64,000 nt of DNA. Origin: Candidatus Obscuribacterales bacterium. Lineage in GTDB: Bacteria; Cyanobacteriota; Vampirovibrionia; Obscuribacterales; Obscuribacteraceae. The notes below the pieces were generated by a model that saw only the letters and a program-made list of their open reading frames with translations, did not search any database and was not told where the DNA came from. This document shows, piece after piece, positions 47,501-56,861 of this stretch. The stretch covers positions 2,624,001-2,688,000 of the forward strand of contig CBDDIJ010000003.1 in assembly GCA_965228855.1 (NCBI GenBank), given 5' to 3'. A program made the translations under genes and the position numbers. How positions within the stretch are numbered: position 1 is the first letter of the stretch; each line of letters starts with the position of its first letter.

Positions 47501-48370
47501 CATCAAATCGGAAGGGCTGAGTTGCTTGTTCTCGCCATCCAAACCCAGTTTGCGGTTGAAACGGCTGCGTCCAAGTTTGCCGAGGCTATAACGACGCTTG
47601 TCGAACAGTTCACCAAGTGCGGTATTACCTGCACCGGAACCGCCGCCGCCGTCCGGCTTCCAGCCTCTGCCTACGACAGAGAGAGCTTCAGCCTGGGTGA
47701 TTTCTTTCCACTCGATGCGGCTGCGATCGAGAAGTTTTCCGAGACGTTTTTGGATATCTTGTGCGTCAAAGCCCATTGCGGTCAGAAGCGTGGTGCATGC
47801 AATCCACGAACGCTTCGGAAGTTTGACTCTGCACTTAGAACGGCTAGCTTTACCAGGAGTGACTTGCGGATCGATTACGAGTTCGAATGCGATAGGCGCG
47901 CCTTGCTCTGCAAGCATCAGACCTTTGTAGGTGTTGCCTGCCGGTTGGCTGAAGTAGATGCCGGGAGCGCGGACGAGTTGACCGAGGACAACGCGTTCCG
48001 ATCCGTTGATGACGAATGTACCGCGGTCGGTGATGACGGGCATGTCTGCGATGTAGCATTTCGACTTGCGCAGTTCACCAGTTACGGTATCACGCAACCA
48101 TGCTTCCATCATCAGACGACGAGCGTGAGTCATGTTGGTCTTTCGAGCTTGCTCTGCGGAATTCGGATATCCGGAATCCGGAGCATAGTCTTCGAACCAC
48201 CATTTGACTTTGCCATCTGGTCCGACAAAAGTAAGTTCAAATCTGGGGGAGAGGTCACTCGAGATGGGCGAGATTTCAGCGAAGAGATTACCAATTGTCT
48301 CTTCGAGGAAACGCCGATAAGAACGTCTCGGGAACTCTGCCAAATCTGGTGCTTGGAAAAAGAAACTCAT
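44579..48370 (-). CDS. rpoB: Divergent DNA-directed RNA polymerase beta-subunit paralog with a ~200-aa acidic C-terminal extension
   Basis: GTFVINGSERV, GPGG, ESPEG, LIPFLEHDD, GYNYEDA, GDKLAGRHGNKG, GVPSRMNVGQ, GGQRMGEMEVWA; no rplL or rpoC adjacent. Confidence 0.93.
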   Translation of the reverse strand: MSFFFQAPDLAEFPRRSYRRFLEETIGNLFAEISPISSDLSPRFELTFVGPDGKVKWWFEDYAPDSGYPNSAEQARKTNMTHARRLMMEAWLRDTVTGELRKSKCYIADMPVITDRGTFVINGSERVVLGQLVRAPGIYFSQPAGNTYKGLMLAEQGAPIAFELVIDPQVTPGKASRSKCRVKLPKRSWIACTTLLTAMGFDAQDIQKRLGKLLDRSRIEWKEITQAEALSVVGRGWKPDGGGGSGAGNTALGELFDKRRYSLGKLGRSRFNRKLGLDGENKQLSPSDLMAAIEYLLGLPSDMGFIDHIDSLENRHLRGVGETMLKAVRPALGQMTRSIKMKLELNEDEEIGSPNDLIDTRPFSNAITKYFSGNPLVQYLDQQNPLSELSHRRRITSFGPGGIDPNAAPVEMRDVHPSQIGRVCLVESPEGKNCGMVSYLASYCRIDDDGFLTVPYRKVKNGYLLDEVQFLTPSDDKKYTLAPPDTRCVDGKILGPLVAARRGESLIEVTPEQVDMMGITPQGFLSVGSGLIPFLEHDDTGRALMGGGMMRQTLPLVRPERPRVGTGMEKIVARSSGHSITARRGGTVTQVSGQNIEITQASGEKRAYNLTRFDRTNQNTILDQRPSVSLGQKVEAGEIIADGPGIDKGELALGRNLLIAFMPWGGYNYEDAIVVRRGLVRDQKLTHIEIEKHSLNVYQTLRGPEILTPELPNVSSKDLEHLDERGIAKIGAYVEAGDVLVSKLTPKEHRALSSEEELLQAIFGKVAEEMGDSSLRVPHGSGGRVIDVRIFTPETTPEMKAGVICEIEVLIARMCPVEVGDKLAGRHGNKGIVANIVPDEDMPFLPDGTPVDLVLNSLGVPSRMNVGQVFDTQLGLYSDILNRYYRIHQFDESLSDDASYRLVKEALAEVRKTPGYEWFGEDGKVILTDGRTGEKIDRPVLVGRQYMLKLNQLVLHKVNARCGLGGPYAAVTQQPVGGKANHGGQRMGEMEVWAVQAYGAANILHEMMTIKADDIQGRHQAYTDMVQGKNVQNGSRTAAFDGLCCEIRGLGLEVTLGRVVDSFEPVPDRTCSRIALPEDATLEETLQVSSVHMLENAEGQKILEIPGGDYEPVVRAPRLPMITSMTNGRNGRKPQFELSTQESLIDDIDEPANLQGSEQEVSPAGTKSVDDFVDTILGDSFFGPDDDDLKISIVEETKPAPSAELSSLIAPELDSKEDPLFDFPSLSELQNLAQELMTITRAPQKVHVGTDTSGNDGGSTPDR

Positions 48371-50808
48371 TAGTTGCCACCAGCCTTAGCGTCTTCCGTG
48401 TTGGTTGTAGTTCCGTCGTTATTAGACATTACTGACCTTTTGTGAGTAGCTAGAGCCCGCGCCAAGTCATCGGCGTAGGTCTTGATTCCTGGCTTCAATG
48501 CACTTGCTATTCTGAATTCGGTGACTGCTTCGCTTATTCTTCCTGCTGCCATCAGGTTGACGGCTAGTCGGTGGTGATTTGAAGCATTCTCCAGGTCTGT
48601 CGCTACCACATCTCTTAAAATTGCCACCGCCGCCATATGATCTTTTCGAGATTCGGCTTGGGTCACTTCGATGAGCTTTGGGTCTTCCTGAGTGGTTGCG
48701 GAACCCGTCCCAGTTGGAACATTTCCATTATCGTTACCGGGAGCCCCGCCGTAAATGGTGGAATCCACCTGTCCAGTGGGAATACTACGTACTCCATTTT
48801 CGGCTCCCATCGGCTGGGCATTTCCGGGTTGAACAGCTACCTGGTTCGGAGCAAAATTTTGTTGAGGTCGAAAACTGGCCGCAGTCGGAGCGACACCACC
48901 GCCAGGAGCTCCCTCGTAAACGCCTTTGTTCATCTGTGGCGGCACGCCGAAGTTGTTGGTCGCCATCTGCGACGCGCCGAAACTTTGCGGTGCAACACCA
49001 CCTTGCGGATTCACTCCAGTGGGCGCCATACCGTTTGGAACCATCCCGTTTGGAACCATACCGTTGGGAGCCACGCCTGTCATCATCGGAGATTGAACTG
49101 GTGCACGGTTCTGCATGTTCATGGGCGAACCCATCTGCATACCGGGTTGGGGCATCCCTTGCGGAGGCATACCCTGTTGCATCTGCTGCGGCATACCCAT
49201 GGGAGCGCCCATATGCATGCCTGGCGCCATGCCCTGCGACATGTTTTGAGGCATGCCCGTTGACATGTTTTGCGGCATTCCTTGTGGCATTTGCTGAGGT
49301 ATATGCTGCGGAGGACGCTGAGTCATTTGCGGCGGCATTGCGGCGCCGCCAGGTTTAGATCCTGAATTCTGCATCTCCTTCATACGGGCTGCAGCTTCTT
49401 TGTTTTTCTCCGGGTCTATCAGAACGCATGTGAGATAAGCCTGGTGTGCGCCTTTGTAATCGCCGACAGCTTCCAGACACTCTCCCAGAAGAAACTGATA
49501 ACGCGCATTGCGAGGCTCAATCATGACAGCCTGAGACACTTCAGCCAGTGCCTCTTTGCGCAGTCCTTGCGAGAACAAAGTCTCGGCGGCTTTCTTATGC
49601 TTCTCCGCTCGGCCGTGTTGATATGATTTTTGCAGACTGGCTCTGCCGTCGGCCAGTCCGGGATGGTTGGCATTTATGACTTCCAGTTTCTTATACTCAG
49701 CTTCGGCACCGGCATAGTCGCCAGTCAACTGGAGAGCGCCTGCGTACCCGAGGTGGAAGTCCGGGTTCAGCGGATTCTTCGCTACTTGCTTGCGCCATAT
49801 CTCAACCAGTTGAGAGCCGGCCAGAGCATCAGTGTCGTCGAGAATGACGGCTTTGCGAAGCAATGCAGCTGCGCCTGTTTCATCTTTCTGGAGTAGCTTC
49901 ATGATGCCGAGCTGACGTTGTGCCGGTCCGTAGTTGGGATCTTTGACTGCCGCCTGCTGGTAGCATTGCAACGCTTGCCCTGTCTGTCCCCAGCGGTACT
50001 GCAAGTCTCCGAATTTCACGTAAACTTTTGCCGACGGGTCAATCTCCATCGCCTGTTTGTACTCGACGTAAGCGCCTTCGAGGTCATTAGCGTTGATGAG
50101 CTGATCGCCTATGCCAAGTCGAGCATCTGCATCGACCGGGTCAATGCCTTGCTTCTCGAGCGCCGAAGAAAGTCCTTTGACCGCCCGAGCGTTGGAATAC
50201 TCAGCGAACAGCGCCTTTCTGTACATGGTTGCGGCGCCTGCCGAATCACCGACCTTCGCTTTGTAGTCGGCGAATGCTGTGCGCGCAGCGCTCAGATTCA
50301 GCTTGTACTGTTTGTTCGTGGGGTCGTACTGCACGGCTTTCTCGTGCATCGCGATGGCGTCGACCCATTTGCCTTGAGAACCAAAAGCGACACCCTGGTT
50401 GTTGAACTCAATGGCATCGGATTTGTATTTCGCATACGTCTCGGTACGCTTCTTGTCGGCTTTTTCACGAGCCGCTTCTGCCTCTTTCTTGGCGAGTTCA
50501 GCGTCTGCAGCCTTTTTGGCTTCGTCTTCTTTCTGCTGTTTCTCGAGATCACGATAATCAGGTCGTCTCTTGAAACGGCTGAGCGCAGGTGCATGGTACT
50601 GCGCGTCGTTTTCAAAATCTTTTTCACCGCGGCTCGACTGAGTGTCAGCGCTGGCGCGCGGTAGCGGTTTTGCGTTTAGCTTCGTAGCACTGGCTGCTTG
50701 AGAGCAAGAGAGTGAGAGAGTTAACGCCAGAAGAACGAGTGTGAGGGGTTTGCTATACATCAACATTGGAAAAAGAACGGGAGGTTTTGAGGGGTAGTTA
50801 GTCGGCAA
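48370..50808 (-). CDS. Secreted TPR protein with a Gln/Pro/Met/Gly-rich linker
   Basis: Signal peptide, many TPRs; TAATG stop/start overlap with the rpoB-like gene. Confidence 0.85.
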   Translation of the reverse strand: MPTNYPSKPPVLFPMLMYSKPLTLVLLALTLSLSCSQAASATKLNAKPLPRASADTQSSRGEKDFENDAQYHAPALSRFKRRPDYRDLEKQQKEDEAKKAADAELAKKEAEAAREKADKKRTETYAKYKSDAIEFNNQGVAFGSQGKWVDAIAMHEKAVQYDPTNKQYKLNLSAARTAFADYKAKVGDSAGAATMYRKALFAEYSNARAVKGLSSALEKQGIDPVDADARLGIGDQLINANDLEGAYVEYKQAMEIDPSAKVYVKFGDLQYRWGQTGQALQCYQQAAVKDPNYGPAQRQLGIMKLLQKDETGAAALLRKAVILDDTDALAGSQLVEIWRKQVAKNPLNPDFHLGYAGALQLTGDYAGAEAEYKKLEVINANHPGLADGRASLQKSYQHGRAEKHKKAAETLFSQGLRKEALAEVSQAVMIEPRNARYQFLLGECLEAVGDYKGAHQAYLTCVLIDPEKNKEAAARMKEMQNSGSKPGGAAMPPQMTQRPPQHIPQQMPQGMPQNMSTGMPQNMSQGMAPGMHMGAPMGMPQQMQQGMPPQGMPQPGMQMGSPMNMQNRAPVQSPMMTGVAPNGMVPNGMVPNGMAPTGVNPQGGVAPQSFGASQMATNNFGVPPQMNKGVYEGAPGGGVAPTAASFRPQQNFAPNQVAVQPGNAQPMGAENGVRSIPTGQVDSTIYGGAPGNDNGNVPTGTGSATTQEDPKLIEVTQAESRKDHMAAVAILRDVVATDLENASNHHRLAVNLMAAGRISEAVTEFRIASALKPGIKTYADDLARALATHKRSVMSNNDGTTTNTEDAKAGGN

Positions 50809-51007
50809 ACTCGCAACCTCGCTCGGTTCGCCGAATGTGAGCCCAGCTTAAGGTTATACGACGGCATAGTCCATTGGGGGATATCCCACCCCCTTCGTAA
50901 ATCTCCCACAATTCACATTAAAATTGCGAAGCCGCAACGCAAGTGAATTCCGACAGACGTTTTCAAAACCGAAAAATTTTACGGACGATTCGCCCACCTT
51001 ATAAATG

Positions 51008-52198
51008 TTATTCATCGTCGCTTTCTTCTGAATCATAGTCATCGTCATCTTCACGATAGCCGCCCAGTCCGACGCCGACCAGTTTCGTCTCGCCTTTCAC
51101 CTTCTTGAGCTCTTGTGGCGGATAGCCGCAGTATTCTTCCATGTAGTTGGCGAGGTCAGTTGAATGCGTTGTCAGCCAAATCTGAGTGGTTTCAGAAGCG
51201 GTGGCTAGCAATCTGGCGAGTGGTTCATACAAACTTGGATGAATACTTGTTTCCGGTTCATTTATTGCAAGAAGAGACGGCGGTGTCTTGCTGAAGATAG
51301 CGGCCAGCAAACAGAGATACTGGAGGGTGCCGTCGGAAAGTTCGTGCGCGTCGAGCGGTCGTTCCAGACCGGGCATGGTCATTCGCAATTTCAAGCCCGC
51401 GTTGGATAAACCTATCTGCAAGTCGCTTTCGGGAAACGCATCTTTTAGTGCTTTAAAAAGCTTCGGTGCGTCGCCGTACTCGATGATGGTTGCAAGAGCT
51501 GAAACGAAATCGCTGCCGTCATGCGCCATAATGTCGGTGCGAACGGCAATTTGAGGTCGGCGCAATGGCGAACTCTTGTCTGTTCTGAAGTGATGGTAAA
51601 AACGCCAGTTGAGAAGTTCGAGCCGGAGCATCGACAACTCCGGGAATTTAAGCGGATCTCTGACGCCGGTAAAAATCGACTCGTTGGGCGCGACGCGCAT
51701 CGAGTAATCGCTGTTCTGTTTTTCAACAACATCGCGAACGCTTACCTCCATACCCTTGCGTTTCAAAAGCATTGACTTGGAGCCATTTTTCAAACGAAAC
51801 AGTTTCTCACTTTTAATTTCGACATCATTTCGAAATATCGTGTTGCCGGCGCCGTGAACTAAAACGCGACCCATCTCGGCATAACCCGTTCGATAATCGC
51901 CAGACACGTAGCCACACTCGAGATCGTATTGCAGGTCATCGACCTTTACCGAAAGTGTCATTGAAATTGGGTCTTTCTTGGAATAAGCGCCGCACCACAA
52001 TGACGAGTCCATGCCGCCTTCTTCACCTATAGAGCGTGCAAACTGACCGCTGGCGATGGTCGACATAAGATATAGTGCGCGATAGAGATTGCTTTTGCCG
52101 CAACCGTTCGGTCCGACAAAAACGTTGACTGGATTGAGTTTCAACCAGATGTCTTTGACCGAGCGATAGTGTTTGATTTGAAAATCTTTGAGCGCCAC
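51008..52198 (-). CDS. ABC/SMC-like AAA ATPase (COG4637-like), copy 2
   Basis: GPNGCGKSN, WRFYHHFRTD, LSDGT, NEPETSIHP, TTHS. Confidence 0.88.
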   Translation of the reverse strand: MALKDFQIKHYRSVKDIWLKLNPVNVFVGPNGCGKSNLYRALYLMSTIASGQFARSIGEEGGMDSSLWCGAYSKKDPISMTLSVKVDDLQYDLECGYVSGDYRTGYAEMGRVLVHGAGNTIFRNDVEIKSEKLFRLKNGSKSMLLKRKGMEVSVRDVVEKQNSDYSMRVAPNESIFTGVRDPLKFPELSMLRLELLNWRFYHHFRTDKSSPLRRPQIAVRTDIMAHDGSDFVSALATIIEYGDAPKLFKALKDAFPESDLQIGLSNAGLKLRMTMPGLERPLDAHELSDGTLQYLCLLAAIFSKTPPSLLAINEPETSIHPSLYEPLARLLATASETTQIWLTTHSTDLANYMEEYCGYPPQELKKVKGETKLVGVGLGGYREDDDDYDSEESDDE

Positions 52199-52201
52199 CG
52201 G

Positions 52202-53401
52202 CTAGTCCTCCGGCTCGTTTTTCTTCAACGCGGCACGATAAGCCCGTACCGCAGCCGCGTCGTCATCCTCGACTTCGGCTCTGGCACTGCGAACCTCTTC
52301 GCCCCTGATCACAGTTTCACCTGCAACTTTTTCCAGCTCGATAATTTTGCAATTGCCCTGCGCCTTAACGTGTTGAGCCAATTCGGAGGAATGAGTTGTG
52401 ATAAGCAGTTGCGAGCGCCTTGATGCTGCAACTATCAATTCAGCAAGCGGCTGAGCGAGGTCCACATGCATGCTGGTCTCCGGTTCGTTGAAAACCATAA
52501 AGGATGCGGGTCTCGGTGTCAGCAATGCAGCAAGCAAACACAGGTATTGCAAAGTTCCATCGGACAATTCCCGAGCGTGAAGAGGACGAGCAAGTCCGGG
52601 ATATTCCATGTATAAGCACAATTCACCATCATCTTCAACGATTGAAACAGACGCACCCGGAAATGCCCGGTCGACAAATTGATCGAACTCTTGCGCACTG
52701 CCTATGGTGCGAATCGTGGCTACCACAGCAGCAAGATCGCTGGCATCATGGCTCAAAATCGGCGTCATCGAGGCGAGTTGGTTTCTCCTCACAGGTGATT
52801 GCAAGTCGGTTCTAAAATCGTGGTAGAAGCGCCAGTCGGCAAAAAGCATGCGAAGAGAAGAGAGCTCAGGAAATTTTTCTGGCTCTCGAAGTTCAGACAA
52901 GACGCTTTCGTTCTTCAACAACTTCACCGGGTAGTCGACAGTACGTCCCTCCAGATTCTTTGCTCGAACAGAATTTCCTTTCCTGCTAAACAGTGCGATT
53001 GGTTTTTCTCCAGTCAACTCAACGGTCTCGACTTTGATATCCGGGTCGTCTTTGAACAGGCGCAGCCCCTCGCCGAATTGACCGTCGCTCGGACGCTCGC
53101 TAATAGCGATTCTTCCAAATTCCATTTCGTATTGGAGCTTATCAAATTTGATCGCGAGACGCGTTCTATGGTCATCTGAAACATGGCGATGTCCCGCCCA
53201 TGAAAGTGAGGGGACGCCCCCTTCCTCGGCGACTCTTCGAGCAAATTGCCCATGAGCAGCGCTTCCTAGAAGTTGAATAGCTTGGTAGATGTTGCTTTTG
53301 CCACAACCGTTCGGCCCGACCAGAATAGTTATGCCGCCGAGTTTCAGTTGAAACTCCCGCAAAGAGCGATAACCGCTGATTTCAATTTCGCGAATTTGCA
53401 T
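52202..53401 (-). CDS. ABC/SMC-like AAA ATPase (COG4637-like), copy 1
   Basis: GPNGCGKSN, WRFYHDFRTD, LSDGT, NEPETSMH, TTHS. Confidence 0.88.
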   Translation of the reverse strand: MQIREIEISGYRSLREFQLKLGGITILVGPNGCGKSNIYQAIQLLGSAAHGQFARRVAEEGGVPSLSWAGHRHVSDDHRTRLAIKFDKLQYEMEFGRIAISERPSDGQFGEGLRLFKDDPDIKVETVELTGEKPIALFSRKGNSVRAKNLEGRTVDYPVKLLKNESVLSELREPEKFPELSSLRMLFADWRFYHDFRTDLQSPVRRNQLASMTPILSHDASDLAAVVATIRTIGSAQEFDQFVDRAFPGASVSIVEDDGELCLYMEYPGLARPLHARELSDGTLQYLCLLAALLTPRPASFMVFNEPETSMHVDLAQPLAELIVAASRRSQLLITTHSSELAQHVKAQGNCKIIELEKVAGETVIRGEEVRSARAEVEDDDAAAVRAYRAALKKNEPED

Positions 53402-53439
53402 CCAAGATACTCGCAGTTGTCGGCTTTGTGGAACAGAAC

Positions 53440-54870
53440 CTAGGTCCCGTCGTGTTCGGCGGGTCCGGTAATCATGTTGAATCGCGGCGTGTATAGGTGA
53501 TTGTCACTCACGATACACGCGGACAAATTATTATGCACTCCCGGATTGGCTAGAGCCATGAGACCGAACGCGAAAAGCAGGATGGATACAAGCGATACGA
53601 AAGCCTTAAACATTACTCCGATATCACTATAAGTCACAAAGAAAATTGATGCGAAAAAAACAACCATCATCGAACAAGGAATTACTTTCATCAGGTGCCG
53701 AATTGAAGATCGACGAAACGACACGCGCGCGCCGTCAACATCGGTGACTCGAAGCCTGAACACGCTCTTTCCGAGCGTAGACTCCTTAGGCGAGCTCTCC
53801 ATGAGTGCGTGATACATCCAGTTAATCGTCACCACTACTAGTACCGCAAGGGTAAAGCCAAGTTCCGGATTCGACAGAGGCGCAGCCAGAAGGCTGGTTG
53901 AAAACGGCTGAGTCGTAAGTTTCGCAACTATCAGCGGAATGCTCAAGATTGCCAATGCAGGGGCAAAGCAGACGAACAGAGCGTCCAGAAATCCGATACC
54001 GAACGTCGCTAAAATGAGCGGTTGCCATTGACTCATCTCGAACGGCGCGTGCGAAGCGTTTGCACCAGATGCGATATCAATGGCATTGGCTACGACGAAC
54101 AGAAAAAACGCGCTTAAACAGCCTACTACAAAGCCATCGATTACCTGAGCTATTATTCGTTGAGGCGGCCGCGCAGGCAACCACTCGCTCATTTGCGCGC
54201 GGTGAGCCTGCAACTGGAGCGAGGTCATTCGATCCTTTTCGGACATATCGTCCAGACGAAGTTTTTCATAGACCTTGCTACGCTCAGCGAAAAGCTCGAT
54301 CATCTCGGATTTAGATGCCATGCCGATCGCCGTCGTGTAATCGATGATCGCCTTGTCGTCTTGCCCGATCAAATGATAGGCGCGCGCCCTGCGTCGCACT
54401 AGTTCAACTAACAACCCACGATCTAATTTCGGTCCGATGGTTGCAGTGGCAAACTCGATAATCTTGTCGTAGTCGCCCAACTCACGGTAGGCTTCGACGA
54501 GTCGAAAACAATCGTAGTAATACCAGCGCCGAGACGGATCGATTTCGATGGCTCGCTCAATATCGGCGGCCACTCCAGTGAAGTTTCCTAACTCGAAAAA
54601 TGCCCAGGCGCGAAGAGCAAAAGCGCCGGAATCGGCCGGAGCCAGATCGATTTTCGCGCTGCAATCGTCGACGGCACCATCAAGGTCTTCCATGCACAGT
54701 CTTGCGTATGCTCGCAATCCGTAGTTGAACGCTTCGCCAGGGTCCATCTCAATTCCGCGCGTCATGCACTTCTCCGCTTCCTTGAAACGCAAAAGCACGA
54801 CGTTGATCAAACCGCCAACTCCGTATAAGTATGCTCGTAAACTTCGTAACCCCTGCCGCATAAAATCCAC
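53440..54870 (-). CDS. TPR plus RDD-family membrane protein
   Basis: N-terminal TPRs; RIIAQVID, Y.ALMESS...TLGK..FRLRVTD..G..VSF.RS.IR. Confidence 0.85.
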   Translation of the reverse strand: MDFMRQGLRSLRAYLYGVGGLINVVLLRFKEAEKCMTRGIEMDPGEAFNYGLRAYARLCMEDLDGAVDDCSAKIDLAPADSGAFALRAWAFFELGNFTGVAADIERAIEIDPSRRWYYYDCFRLVEAYRELGDYDKIIEFATATIGPKLDRGLLVELVRRRARAYHLIGQDDKAIIDYTTAIGMASKSEMIELFAERSKVYEKLRLDDMSEKDRMTSLQLQAHRAQMSEWLPARPPQRIIAQVIDGFVVGCLSAFFLFVVANAIDIASGANASHAPFEMSQWQPLILATFGIGFLDALFVCFAPALAILSIPLIVAKLTTQPFSTSLLAAPLSNPELGFTLAVLVVVTINWMYHALMESSPKESTLGKSVFRLRVTDVDGARVSFRRSSIRHLMKVIPCSMMVVFFASIFFVTYSDIGVMFKAFVSLVSILLFAFGLMALANPGVHNNLSACIVSDNHLYTPRFNMITGPAEHDGT

Positions 54871-55236
54871 AACCGGACATGCCTGCAGTTTATATGCACC
54901 GATCGTCGGCTTGGTTAACCGAGAGGCCAGTCAAGTGCAAAGGTCGAAAGGCGGTCTGCTCACAATTGCAGATGTTTATAGTTTTATCTGCCTGTTAATT
55001 TCGGGAGACTAAGTGGGTATGGCGGAAGAGTGAAATATCATGCGCCTGTTGACGTTCGGGCAACTAACCATTAACCTTGCATAATAAAGCTCTTCTGGTT
55101 AGGGGTTCGCTCTTTTCTCTACCATTGCTAAAATGAAAGCGAACCGGTTGGCAGTTTAACGCTAGTTATCCACTTCAACTCCAATCGTATATAACTTAGT
55201 ACGGAACGGCACTTTAGAAAAAAATCGGAGAGGGCT

Positions 55237-56100
55237 TTGGACCCAGGATTACAACCAATGTCAAGCGGACCACCTCAGAGACCTCCTTCAGTCTTTAGAC
55301 CACGAACGGTCCTGTGTGAGCGGCACGAACTCATCCGATTCGGCTTGAGACGCGTGGTATCAGAAGTAGTTGAGATCGTCGGTGAAGCATCGGACGGAAT
55401 GGCCGCGACAGAACTGATTCGTCGCATGCGCCCGGATTTCATCATAATGGACGTCGACCTCGACGTTCTCAACGGCGTAGAAGTCTGCCGCAGAGTAGCG
55501 CAAGAATTGCCGAACTCACACGTCCTGGTTCTCACAGATTCGTATCACGCCACCAAGTATCACAACCAGCTGATTCGCGCAGGCTCGCGGGGATTCTGCC
55601 TTAAGAGTTCAGGTCCGAGAACCTTGTTCGAAGCGATTGAACAGGTCACGCGCGGATTGCCCTACTGTGATCCCAAGATTACGCAACTGGTCAAGCAACA
55701 ACCGACGACCAGTATGCCGAACAGCAATCTCACCGATCGCGAAATCGAAGTTCTCATTCGTCTTGACTTGAGAAACAAGGAAATTGCAGAGGAGCTTGAC
55801 ATGAAGCTCCGCACTGTAGAAAAACACATCGAGTGCATCCTGGCAAAGCTCAAGGTTCCGACTAGAACGGCAGCAGCACTTAAAGCCGTGCAATTGGGAT
55901 ACGTTCTATTACCCAAGATGCCGGGTCGCGATCCGGTCACAGGCATCAGCCACGAGCAAACAGTGGCAGAGCTGCAAGCGGAGCTGGCAATTGCCAACGA
56001 GCACCTGAAGGCACTCTTGAGACAGAATGAACTTCTGAAAGAAGCTTTGAACGACAAATTAAGACGTCCTCAGCAGCCACCGCGACCGGAAAACGAGTAA
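55237..56100 (+). CDS. NarL/LuxR-family response regulator with a C-terminal coiled coil
   Basis: IIMDVDL, CLKS, LTDREIEVL..NKEIAEEL..TVEKH..KL. Confidence 0.88.
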   Translation: MDPGLQPMSSGPPQRPPSVFRPRTVLCERHELIRFGLRRVVSEVVEIVGEASDGMAATELIRRMRPDFIIMDVDLDVLNGVEVCRRVAQELPNSHVLVLTDSYHATKYHNQLIRAGSRGFCLKSSGPRTLFEAIEQVTRGLPYCDPKITQLVKQQPTTSMPNSNLTDREIEVLIRLDLRNKEIAEELDMKLRTVEKHIECILAKLKVPTRTAAALKAVQLGYVLLPKMPGRDPVTGISHEQTVAELQAELAIANEHLKALLRQNELLKEALNDKLRRPQQPPRPENE

Positions 56101-56150
56101 GTTCGTTTAAGTCGGAATGAAACGCTTCAGTCAGACTCACTCATCACGTT

Positions 56151-56642
56151 TCATTCGCACTCGCTCAGAAGCGCCTGTTGTTGGCGCTCTATCTCAGCGC
56201 TCATTTCTTCGGATACGAGCATGTCGTTCATTGAATATCCATCAACTTGCCCACTCACCTCGTAATCGATCAAATTGACCATGTTCAAACCGATTGCACT
56301 GATATAAGCCGGATTTGAAGTTTTTCGATAATCGATATAGTGTGCAAGAGCGCACATGAACTCCATCAGACTGGGGATGTAGCGAATTTTTCGAGTTGGG
56401 TCCCGATAGAGTAAACCGTCAAGCTCTTCCAGCTGCTCATCCAGCTGATCGGTGTCTTCATCCAGGCTATCGAGGATGTGCAAAACCAGCTCGCGCTCTT
56501 GCTCTGTGCATTCGTTCTGGATCGCACCTCTCGCCTCGAGGTGCAGACCGCGAAGCGTATTTAAAGCGAACTGAGAACGCGCCTCAGCGGAAGCAGCTTC
56601 CGCAGCTTGTTTTATCCACTCTTCGTACTCGGTGTAATTCAT
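56151..56642 (-). CDS. Hypothetical acidic protein
   Basis: Open frame with protein-like composition; no motif recognised. Confidence 0.6.
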   Translation of the reverse strand: MNYTEYEEWIKQAAEAASAEARSQFALNTLRGLHLEARGAIQNECTEQERELVLHILDSLDEDTDQLDEQLEELDGLLYRDPTRKIRYIPSLMEFMCALAHYIDYRKTSNPAYISAIGLNMVNLIDYEVSGQVDGYSMNDMLVSEEMSAEIERQQQALLSECE

Positions 56643-56861
56643 TACTTTCAGACAACGGAAACGCACTCAAGACGCCGCAGATTCGTGAACTTCTGGTTTT
56701 CTTTGTACCGTTTCATCGCGTTGTTTAAACGGATAAGCCCGCAGGGTCCGGTAATTCGCGCTTGCAAGTCTCCTGGCGCAGACAGGCTTAAACAAACCCC
56801 CTTTGCGCCTACTGACATTTCTGATAAGCTCACGGGCTTTGCTCTATACCGGTCAACTCCC

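Noticed and set aside
44579..48370. rpoB pseudogene or phage RNAP
   Set aside because: Frame is intact and colinear with cellular beta, catalytic motifs are kept, and no phage genes are nearby
55166..55174. DnaA box / oriC
   Set aside because: Single imperfect TTATCCACT; no cluster of boxes
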